A DNA stretch of 55,622 nucleotides from a virus. Its lineage: Duplodnaviria > Caudoviricetes. Below, piece after piece: positions 37,594-45,846 of this stretch. The notes under the pieces are model-generated. The model did not search any database. It was given only the letters and a program-made list of their open reading frames with translations, and was not told the DNA's origin. How positions within the stretch are numbered: position 1 is the first letter of the stretch; every line of letters starts with the position of its first letter. A program made the translations under genes and the position numbers. The stretch covers positions 1 to 55,622 of the IMG/VR virus record IMGVR_UViG_3300042260_000361. One strand, given 5' to 3'.

Positions 37594-39906
37594 ATGGCAG
37601 AAAAAATTGTATCACCTGGTGTATTTACGAGAGAGAATGACCTTTCTTTTTTATCACAAGGAATCGGAGAAATAGGAGCAGCAATCATAGGACCTTTCGC
37701 TAAAGGACCTGCATTCGTTCCAACGATTGTTAATACACAATCTCAATTTGAATCAATTTTCGGTGTACCTAATGGTGATTACTATACAGGATATGCCGTT
37801 CAAAACTATCTACGTGAAGCAGGGACAGTAACAATTGTTCGTGTTGGTCACGTTGGTGGATATAACCAAATAGAACCAAAAGGTATCGCAGTTAGTGGTT
37901 CTGATGGAACTACATTAGTAGGTGTATTGAAATCTACTGATAAGTGGACAACTGACGGAAATGGTGATATCATCACTGGTTCTATCAACTCACAACCATC
38001 TTCATCAGAATTCAGTATCACATTAAGTGGTTCAGATGCTCAATATAACATTGCAATTTCATCATCAATCCTACCATCTGCTGGAAATGATTTATCAGAT
38101 GTATTTGGTGAATCTGCAAGAGGAACTAAAGGTGCATACGTTTCACAATATTTTGAAAACGCAGCATCTCAATTAACATCTTCTATTGATGCTGGTGCTA
38201 AAATTGTTTTGGTTGATTTAGATGACCAAAGTTTTATAGACCAAGATTGCACATTTGCTTCTACACCATGGATTCAATCACAATTGATTTCAAATGAAAG
38301 AAGTAACTTATTCCGTTTACATACTTTGGGTGATGGTACGAATTACAACAAAGAATATAAAGTTTCAGTATTTAACGTAAAAGCAGCAGGTGAATCAAAT
38401 GCTACTGATTACGCTACGTTCTCTTTATCAATCAGAGCATATTCAGATACAGATAAAAGAAAATCAGTATTAGAAACATATAATAACGTAAACTTAGACC
38501 CTGCATCTCCAAACTACATTTTAAAAGTAATTGGTGATAGAAACGTAACTATCGATGCAAATGGTAAACAAACTGAAAATGGTGATTATGCAAATCGTTC
38601 TAAGATAGTTAGAGTAGAAGTTGCAGCAGAAGGTTCATTCCCAATCATCGCAGGACCATTTGGACACGAAGCATACCAATCTCCAATCGCAGGTAACGAT
38701 TCAATCACACCAGCAGTTGTATTTACATTAGGTTCTGATGATAACACTTCATCATCATCTACTAAATATAGTGGTATTGATTTAGAATCAACTTTAATTA
38801 AAATAGATAACTCACATTTCTTAGCACCAATTCCAAACGGAGCAGGAAATGGAACAAATACTGCATTTGCATTCGATACTGAATTATCATACGAATTGAC
38901 GGGTTCTTCAACTGCAGATGTAAACAAAAGACAATTTATCGTTGGTTTCCAAGGTGGATTTGATGGTGTAACTCCAACAATATCTAATGATAAAGGAAAT
39001 GATATCTCAGCAGGTAACTCTCAAGGGTTTAACTTAGCAACATCTACATCAAATGGTTCAGTTGCATATTTGAAAGCAATTAACTCTGTATCTAATCCAG
39101 ATGATTTTGATATTAACTTAGTAGTTGCACCGGGTATTGTTAGATATCACCATTCATATGTATTTGATAAAATTATTGATATGGTTGAATCTCGTGAAGA
39201 TGCATTCTTCATCGGTGATGTAACTGGTCCTGCAGAAGGTCAAGATATTGCAGTAGAACAGGCACAGTCAATCGATTCTAACTACGTTGGAACATATTAC
39301 CCATGGATGAAAACAATCGATAGAAACACCAACAAATTAACTGCAGTTCCACCATCAGTATTGATGCCAGGAATATACGCAGCGAACGATGCAGTTGCAG
39401 CAGAATGGTTTGCACCAGCAGGTTTGAATAGAGGTGGAATCATCGGAGCAGTTTCAGTATTGGATAGATTAACACATTCAGAAAGAGATTTCTTATATGA
39501 GAACAAAGTAAATCCAATCGCTTCTTTCCCTGGTGAAGGTATCGTGGCATTTGGACAGAAAACTTTACAAGATAAAGCATCTGCATTGGATAGAATCAAT
39601 GTAAGAAGATTATTAATCAAAGTTAAGAAATATATCGCTTCTACATCTCGTTACTTAGTATTCGAACAAAATACTGCAACGACTAGAAACAAATTCTTAA
39701 ATACGGTAAATCCTTATTTAGATGCGATTCAACAAAGACAAGGTTTATATGCATTCAGAGTTGTAATGGATGAATCCAACAACACACCTGATGTAATTGA
39801 TAGAAACATTTTAGCAGGACAGATTTATTTACAACCTACTAAAACTGCTGAATTCATTGTGTTAGATTTCAACATCTTACCAACCGGAGCATCATTTACA
39901 GCATAA
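37594..39906 (+). CDS. Tail sheath protein (T4 gp18-like)
   Basis: SPGVFTREND, GPFAKGP, WFAPAGLNRG, GQKTLQ..SALDRINVRRL and LQPTKTAEFI motifs. Confidence 0.96.
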   Translation: MAEKIVSPGVFTRENDLSFLSQGIGEIGAAIIGPFAKGPAFVPTIVNTQSQFESIFGVPNGDYYTGYAVQNYLREAGTVTIVRVGHVGGYNQIEPKGIAVSGSDGTTLVGVLKSTDKWTTDGNGDIITGSINSQPSSSEFSITLSGSDAQYNIAISSSILPSAGNDLSDVFGESARGTKGAYVSQYFENAASQLTSSIDAGAKIVLVDLDDQSFIDQDCTFASTPWIQSQLISNERSNLFRLHTLGDGTNYNKEYKVSVFNVKAAGESNATDYATFSLSIRAYSDTDKRKSVLETYNNVNLDPASPNYILKVIGDRNVTIDANGKQTENGDYANRSKIVRVEVAAEGSFPIIAGPFGHEAYQSPIAGNDSITPAVVFTLGSDDNTSSSSTKYSGIDLESTLIKIDNSHFLAPIPNGAGNGTNTAFAFDTELSYELTGSSTADVNKRQFIVGFQGGFDGVTPTISNDKGNDISAGNSQGFNLATSTSNGSVAYLKAINSVSNPDDFDINLVVAPGIVRYHHSYVFDKIIDMVESREDAFFIGDVTGPAEGQDIAVEQAQSIDSNYVGTYYPWMKTIDRNTNKLTAVPPSVLMPGIYAANDAVAAEWFAPAGLNRGGIIGAVSVLDRLTHSERDFLYENKVNPIASFPGEGIVAFGQKTLQDKASALDRINVRRLLIKVKKYIASTSRYLVFEQNTATTRNKFLNTVNPYLDAIQQRQGLYAFRVVMDESNNTPDVIDRNILAGQIYLQPTKTAEFIVLDFNILPTGASFTA

Positions 39907-39930
39907 GAATTTAAAAAAAATAATTAATAG

Positions 39931-39958
39931 AAAAAACCACTCAATGAGTGGTTTTTTT
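39931..39958. terminator. Intrinsic terminator, potentially bidirectional
   Basis: AAAAAACCACTC-AAT-GAGTGGTTTTTT. Confidence 0.85.
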
Positions 39959-39996
39959 ATTTTATGGTATTTATATATAAAATAACTCAATAAAGT

Positions 39997-40746
39997 ATGA
40001 CACATTATGTATATAAAATAATTGATAAAACTACAAACGAATATTATTTTGGGAGTCGTTCATGTAATTGTTTAGCAAAAGATGATGTGTATATGGGATC
40101 TATGAAAGTATGGAAACCAAAATCTGATAATCTTATTAAAGAAATACTAAATGACACATTTTCAGATAGAATTTCTGCAATGGAATATGAAAGTAATATT
40201 ATTAAATTACATATTAAAGATTCACTCAATCAAAATTATCATATACCGACAAGTGGATTTCATACTAATGGTAGAAAACAATCTGAATTAGAAAGAACCA
40301 ACCGAAGTAATCATAGAATACAATATGAATTATCAAAAGGTAGTAATAATGCAATGTATAATAAATCACATTCATTGGATAGTATTAAAAAAATGAAAAC
40401 CCAAGCAAAAAATAGATATACTAAAAAATGGTTTATTGAAAAATATGGAGAACAAATTGGTATTCAAAAATACAATGAAAAAGGGAAACTACAAAGTAAT
40501 AAATTAAAAAGTGTTGGCAATCCAATGTTTGGTAAATCACACACACCCACCTCTAAAATAAAAATGAGCGAATCTAAACAAAAAAAAGTGGGTAAATATA
40601 ATATTAAAAACGAAATTATTCATATTTATAGCAGTATAACTGAAGCAGCATCTAAAAACAACATTAGTATAAGTGCAATCAGTTTAGTATGTGATCCAAC
40701 TCGTATTAACAAAACTGCAGGTGGGTTTATATGGAAATTTATTTAA
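39997..40746 (+). CDS. Free-standing GIY-YIG (Seg-like) homing endonuclease with NUMOD3- and NUMOD1-like DNA-binding motifs
   Basis: YVYKI......YYFGSR..Y.GS; NAMYNKSHS and NPMFGKSHT; C-terminal YSSITEAA...ISLVC...KTAGGFIWK. Confidence 0.85.
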   Translation: MTHYVYKIIDKTTNEYYFGSRSCNCLAKDDVYMGSMKVWKPKSDNLIKEILNDTFSDRISAMEYESNIIKLHIKDSLNQNYHIPTSGFHTNGRKQSELERTNRSNHRIQYELSKGSNNAMYNKSHSLDSIKKMKTQAKNRYTKKWFIEKYGEQIGIQKYNEKGKLQSNKLKSVGNPMFGKSHTPTSKIKMSESKQKKVGKYNIKNEIIHIYSSITEAASKNNISISAISLVCDPTRINKTAGGFIWKFI

Positions 40747-40800
40747 AACAAAATAATCTTATATTTATATAAGTAACAATTATACAGGAGAATAATAATT

Positions 40801-41289
40801 ATGGCAGAAGTCCTTGAATTTAACGACATGTTCTATACCAATTTCGAACCAAAAACGAAAAATCGTTTTATCATGGAAATCGGTGGTATCCCTTCATATC
40901 TTATCAAAACAGCTAACAGACCATCGATTCAGTTTGAAACGATTACGTTAGATCATATCAACGTTAACAGAAAGTTGAAAGGTAAAGGAACTTGGCAACC
41001 AATAGAGATTACTCTTTTTGATCCAATCGTTCCAAGTGGTGCTCAAGCAGTAATGGAATGGGTTCGTTTATCACACGAATCATTAACAGGTAGAGATGGA
41101 TATGCAGATTTCTATAAGAAAGATGTTCAAATCTATATGTTAGGACCAGTAGGTGATAAAATTGAACAATGGACATTAAAAGGTGCATTTATCCAATCAG
41201 CAGCATTTAATGATTTGGATTGGTCATCAAACGATGTTTCAGAAATCTCCCTTACTTTAGAATACGATTACGCTATTCTAGAATTCTAA
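40801..41289 (+). CDS. Tail tube protein (T4 gp19-like)
   Basis: W.PIEITLFD, VMEWV, EQWTLKGAF and LDWS..ISLTLEYD motifs; follows the sheath. Confidence 0.92.
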   Translation: MAEVLEFNDMFYTNFEPKTKNRFIMEIGGIPSYLIKTANRPSIQFETITLDHINVNRKLKGKGTWQPIEITLFDPIVPSGAQAVMEWVRLSHESLTGRDGYADFYKKDVQIYMLGPVGDKIEQWTLKGAFIQSAAFNDLDWSSNDVSEISLTLEYDYAILEF

Positions 41290-41311
41290 TCTCACTATAT
41301 ACAAAAAAACT

Positions 41312-41342
41312 AAGGTTCTCTTAACGGAGAACCTTTTTTTTT
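41312..41342 (+). terminator. Intrinsic terminator
   Basis: AAGGTTCTCT-TAAC-GGAGAACCTT plus T-tract. Confidence 0.9.
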
Positions 41343-41392
41343 CAACTTTTTTATAAAAGTATATTTATATATAAATAAAATAAAGGTTAATT

Positions 41393-42160
41393 ATGGCAAA
41401 TTTTGAATTTCCAACGGAAGTAATCACACTTCCATCTAAAGGATTAATATATCCAGAAACAAATCCACTATCTAAGGGTTCAGTAGAAATAAAATATATG
41501 ACAGCAAGAGAAGAAGATATTCTTGCATCACAGAACCTTATCAAAAAAGGAGTGGTATTAGATAAATTATTTGAATCAGTTGTAGTATCCGAAGGAGTTA
41601 ATGTAGGTGATATTTCAGTTGGTGATAAGAACGCTATTCTTTTAGCAACACGTATTTTAGGATATGGTGCTGATTATAACGTAGAAGTAGTTGATCCATT
41701 TACAGGTGAAACTCAAAAAGTAGTAATCGATTTAGCACATATTCAAACTAAAGAAATCGATGATACTATTTTAAATAGAGAAAATCGTTATGAATTTGAA
41801 TTACCAATTAGTAAAAAGAAAATCAAATTTAAATTACTAACACACAAAGATGAAATTGATATCACTGCTGAAATTCAAGCATTAAATAGATTGGTAAAAG
41901 GTGATAATGCAGTTTCACAAGATGTATCTACTCGTTTAAGATATATGATTCAAGATGTAGATGGTAATACCGATAGAGGGTTCATCAACAATTTTGTTAA
42001 AAATAATTTATTAGCAAGAGAAAGTAAAGCATTAAGAGAATATGTTCGAACTATATCTCCTGATTTGGATTTAAAATATCAATTCACATCAGATTTAACA
42101 GGTGAATCGGAGGCACTTGATATACCCTTTGGGGTTGGGTTTTTTTACCCTACCGAGTGA
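41393..42160 (+). CDS. Baseplate hub/tail assembly chaperone (T4 gp26-like)
   Basis: LPSKG, MTAREEDIL, GDKNAIL..RILGYG and C-terminal GFF; between tube and tape measure. Confidence 0.75.
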   Translation: MANFEFPTEVITLPSKGLIYPETNPLSKGSVEIKYMTAREEDILASQNLIKKGVVLDKLFESVVVSEGVNVGDISVGDKNAILLATRILGYGADYNVEVVDPFTGETQKVVIDLAHIQTKEIDDTILNRENRYEFELPISKKKIKFKLLTHKDEIDITAEIQALNRLVKGDNAVSQDVSTRLRYMIQDVDGNTDRGFINNFVKNNLLARESKALREYVRTISPDLDLKYQFTSDLTGESEALDIPFGVGFFYPTE

Positions 42161-42365
42161 TTATAGTATTCAACTACATTCTCAATTATGGGAAATGGTT
42201 AATTACGGAAATGGGTTTACTTGGTCAGAGGTTTATACAATGCCGATTCATATTAGAAGATTCTATTTCAAAAAATTAGTAGATGCTAAGAAAAAAGAAA
42301 AAGAAGAAGTTGATAAAGTAAATAAAAAGGGTGGTAATACTCCCGGTGTAAGAGTGAGGAAATAA
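42102..42365 (+). CDS. gp51-like small chaperone, start uncertain and possibly a frameshift extension
   Basis: FTWSEVYTMPIHIRRFY resembles gp51/GT-type tails; overlaps the upstream gene in the +1 frame. Confidence 0.6.
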   Translation: MNRRHLIYPLGLGFFTLPSDYSIQLHSQLWEMVNYGNGFTWSEVYTMPIHIRRFYFKKLVDAKKKEKEEVDKVNKKGGNTPGVRVRK

Positions 42366-42378
42366 TCCTCACTTTTTT
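42353..42378 (+). terminator. Intrinsic terminator, copy 1
   Basis: AGTGAGGA-AATAA-TCCTCACT plus T-tract. Confidence 0.85.
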
Positions 42379-42407
42379 ATTTAATATGTATAATAAAATA
42401 ATTTAGT

Positions 42408-43145
42408 ATGTTAATAGTGTTTGGGGATTCATTTTCTGCGTTTAGAACCTATTTAAACGATGATAATACATTAGATTCAAATTTACATTGGACATCACTT
42501 ATATGCAATGATATGAAAATTGATGAAGTTGTTAATCATGCTAAACCAGGTGCAACTAATCAGTATATTTTAACTACATTAGTTGAACAACTTCCCAATA
42601 TTAAAAAAAATGATATTGTAATAATAAACACTTCGGGACAAGGTAGAATGCCAGTTGGTGCTAATTATACTAAAACATTTTTTAATGATAGTCCTAATTT
42701 ATTATGTTTATTAACTAATACTAATAGAATTATGGGTGATTTTGAAAAATCTCAAATAACTTGGTATTATGAAAATGTTTTTTTACCTGATATCGTAGAA
42801 TATGATGTAAATGTTTCGAATATCATTAATATTGCAAATTATATCAGTTCGATTGGGGTATGTGTAATATTGTGGAATTTAACTGCATTCGGATTCGATG
42901 GAGTATTAGATGTGAAACTGAATGATAACGTAGAAACAACCCCATCTATACCATTTACAGATTTATGGACACCATCTTCAAATAATGGTAAGAAGGGGTG
43001 GGTAGATATCATAAATGAAAAAAATTTACAAATGGGGTTAGATGATTGTCATCCAAACGTTAAAGGAAATCGATATATTGCAAATGAATTTATGGATACG
43101 ATTAAACGAAAACATCCGTTATATAAAAAAAAGAATATTATTTGA
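42408..43145 (+). CDS. SGNH/GDSL-hydrolase-like protein (inserted moron)
   Basis: VFGDSFS, NHAKPGATN, C-terminal DCHPNVKGN..IA. Confidence 0.7.
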   Translation: MLIVFGDSFSAFRTYLNDDNTLDSNLHWTSLICNDMKIDEVVNHAKPGATNQYILTTLVEQLPNIKKNDIVIINTSGQGRMPVGANYTKTFFNDSPNLLCLLTNTNRIMGDFEKSQITWYYENVFLPDIVEYDVNVSNIINIANYISSIGVCVILWNLTAFGFDGVLDVKLNDNVETTPSIPFTDLWTPSSNNGKKGWVDIINEKNLQMGLDDCHPNVKGNRYIANEFMDTIKRKHPLYKKKNII

Positions 43146-43157
43146 GATGAGTGTAAG

Positions 43158-43186
43158 AGTGAGGAAATAATCCTCACTTTTTTTTT
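43158..43186 (+). terminator. Intrinsic terminator, copy 2
   Basis: Same hairpin as at 42353. Confidence 0.85.
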
Positions 43187-43227
43187 ACCTTATATTTATA
43201 TAAGACTTAAAATATATAGGAGAAACA

Positions 43228-43434
43228 ATGTCCAAATCTAAAGAAGTTAATGAAGGTATAATACTCGCAGCTAAGAAGTTTAGTGATGCGTTTTTCGATG
43301 GGTTAAAACAAAACGCAGTAGATAGAATGCTTAAAAAAGCAGAAGATGCTAATGTTGATCCTGAAGTTTTGAAAACAATGCAACGAATTAAAAAAGATTC
43401 TGAAGAACTTAAAAAGCTACTTAGTATTCGATAA
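43228..43434 (+). CDS. Small hypothetical protein before the tape measure
   Basis: AGGAG upstream, late motif at 43192-43200, N-terminal KEVNE. Confidence 0.65.
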   Translation: MSKSKEVNEGIILAAKKFSDAFFDGLKQNAVDRMLKKAEDANVDPEVLKTMQRIKKDSEELKKLLSIR

Positions 43435-43436
43435 AC

Positions 43437-45839
43437 ATGGCTAACGAATCCAATCGAGAAATACTTGAGATATTAAAAAAACAGGCAGAGATAAAAAAAC
43501 AACTTTTAGCTTATGCCGATAGTATCGATACGCGAACTGCTTCGGAATCAAAGCATATAAAAGAATTACAGACTGAATATAAGAAACTACTTGCCGAAAA
43601 AGGAAAATTAAACGCAGAACAACTACGAGGATTTCAAAATCAAGTAGAAAGTGCATCATCTTTAACTGGTATTTATTCAAATTTGGGTAAATTAGATGAA
43701 GAACGAATCAAAAAAAATCAAAGATATGTAAGTTTAAGTGATGATCAAAATGAAGCGATTAAAAACATTGCATCATTAAACAGAGATTTAGCAAATACAA
43801 CTAGAGATGATAGTTTAGCAAAACAGGTTATTCTAAATCAGATTGAGGCAGAAAAAGGAAAATTAGCCAATATACATCATACTCAACGATCAATAGTTGA
43901 TGATTTAGATAATCAGACATCTGAAGCACAAAAATTAGGAAGTCTTAGTGAAACTCAAAAAGAATTCTTAAATGACCAATTAGCAGTTTATGAGGGTATT
44001 AAGAAAACAATTGGTGGTATATTAGATACCGCCGATATCTTATTATCTACAACTGGTGGTAAAATCGGTGCATTTATTGTTGGTGCAGGATACGCAACCG
44101 AAGCGTTAGGTAAGAATGTAAGAGAAATGGGTGGGTATTTAGGTGATGCATCAATTTCATCTACACTATTAGGAACTACATTTGATTCCGCTACCGATGT
44201 AACTAAAGGATTGGCTAAGGAAATGGGTGGATTAAAAGATGTCACCTTTCAGAACCAATTAAACACCAATCTAATGGCCATGAATATGGGTATTAGTGGT
44301 GATGAAGCCGCATCATTAACTGCAACATTATCAAGATTAAATGGTGGTTCAATTGAAACCGCTCAAAATCTAGCAGAAAGCACAAAACAATTGGCATTAC
44401 AAAATGGATTAGTTCCTGCACAAGTAATGGCCGATGTTGCCAATTCTGCTGAAGAATTTGCATTGTATGGTAAAGATGGTGGTAAAAATATATTAGAAGC
44501 CGCAGTTGCTGCTGGAAAATTGGGTGTTAGTATGGCCTCAATGAGTAAAGTAACTGAAGGTTTATTAGATTTCGAATCATCGATTTCAAAAGAATTAGAA
44601 TTATCTGCAATGTTAGGAAAGAATATCAATCTTAACAAAGCAAGAGCATTGGCATACGATGGTAAAATGGGTGATGCGGTTAAGGAAACTTTATCACAAA
44701 TGGGTGGTATTGATGCATTCAACAAAATGGATGTGTTCCAAAAGAAAGCAGCAGCAGAAGCAGCAGGATTAACCGTTGAAGAATTTCAAAAAATGGCATC
44801 GAATCTTGATAAATTAAATTCAGATGGTTCAGTTCAATTATCTACATTTGATAGTTGGTCACAATCTCTTTCTGCATTTGCATCTGGTCCATTGGGTTCT
44901 TCACTAAAAGGTGTAGGTTCGATGGTCATCGCAGCAGGACAATTTAACACTGGTTTAAGTGCAATGGGTATAAATTTAGGTGGAGTTATAAAGGGAACGG
45001 GAAACGTTCTTAAAAACCTTTATGATATGACTGCAGGTAAATTGACAAGTAAGTTATCGAATGTATTTAGTTCAATCGGTGGTAGTAGAACCCCAACTCC
45101 AACTCCTTCTGCAAATCCTGCAGGTGGTGGTGGTATGATGGATTCAATGAGTAAAGTTAATATGAGTGCAGTTCTTAAAGGAGCAGCAGCAATGGTATTA
45201 GTTGCAGGTGCTGTTTATATTTTAGGAAAGGCATTACAAGAATATACAAAAGTAGGTTTATCTGAAATTGGAATGGCAGCCGCAGGTATGTTATTATTAG
45301 GTGGTGCAGTAATGGGATTAGGATTGATAATGAGTAGTGGGGTTGGTGCAGTTGCAATCTTAGCAGGTGCAGCAGCAATGTTAGTTGTAGCAGCATCAGT
45401 TTACGTTTTAGGTAAGGCACTTCAAGAAATGGGTGCTGGATTTTCTGCATTAGGTCAAATTCAACCAATCGTATCAGGTTTAGTTAGTATGGTAGGTGGG
45501 ATTGGATTGTTGGCTGTAGCATTTACTGGCTTGGCAGGTTCACTTGCATTATTAGGAACTGCAGGTTTACTTGCGTTACCAACTTTAATGGGATTGGGTA
45601 TTGCTGGTGCAGGATTAGGAATGTTAGTAAACGCAGTAGGAGGTGAATCACAATCATCAGGAGTTGAAACTGAAAGTATATCGGAATATCAATCAACTAT
45701 GTTAACTAAAATGGATGATTTGATTAACGCAGTTAAAAGTAATAAAGATGTTTATTTGGATAAAGACAAGGTTACAAATATCGTTATGAATAAAAGTGAA
45801 CGTAGAACAACCAATACATTTGGGATAGCACAAGCTTAA
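43437..45839 (+). CDS. Tape measure protein
   Basis: Long helical Ala/Gly-rich protein with LLDFESSI..ELE...GKNINLNKAR and hydrophobic C-terminal helices; typical position. Confidence 0.85.
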   Translation: MANESNREILEILKKQAEIKKQLLAYADSIDTRTASESKHIKELQTEYKKLLAEKGKLNAEQLRGFQNQVESASSLTGIYSNLGKLDEERIKKNQRYVSLSDDQNEAIKNIASLNRDLANTTRDDSLAKQVILNQIEAEKGKLANIHHTQRSIVDDLDNQTSEAQKLGSLSETQKEFLNDQLAVYEGIKKTIGGILDTADILLSTTGGKIGAFIVGAGYATEALGKNVREMGGYLGDASISSTLLGTTFDSATDVTKGLAKEMGGLKDVTFQNQLNTNLMAMNMGISGDEAASLTATLSRLNGGSIETAQNLAESTKQLALQNGLVPAQVMADVANSAEEFALYGKDGGKNILEAAVAAGKLGVSMASMSKVTEGLLDFESSISKELELSAMLGKNINLNKARALAYDGKMGDAVKETLSQMGGIDAFNKMDVFQKKAAAEAAGLTVEEFQKMASNLDKLNSDGSVQLSTFDSWSQSLSAFASGPLGSSLKGVGSMVIAAGQFNTGLSAMGINLGGVIKGTGNVLKNLYDMTAGKLTSKLSNVFSSIGGSRTPTPTPSANPAGGGGMMDSMSKVNMSAVLKGAAAMVLVAGAVYILGKALQEYTKVGLSEIGMAAAGMLLLGGAVMGLGLIMSSGVGAVAILAGAAAMLVVAASVYVLGKALQEMGAGFSALGQIQPIVSGLVSMVGGIGLLAVAFTGLAGSLALLGTAGLLALPTLMGLGIAGAGLGMLVNAVGGESQSSGVETESISEYQSTMLTKMDDLINAVKSNKDVYLDKDKVTNIVMNKSERRTTNTFGIAQA

Positions 45840-45846
45840 AATATAT

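Larger units (their letters stand above)
42346..43183 (+). repeat. Perfect 33-bp direct repeat (42346-42378 and 43151-43183) containing a terminator and flanking one gene
   Basis: GTGTAAGAGTGAGGAAATAATCCTCACTTTTTT at both positions. Confidence 0.95.

Noticed and set aside
39907-40800. Group I intron around the homing endonuclease
   Set aside because: The sheath and tube genes are both intact, and the flanks are too short to hold an intron core.
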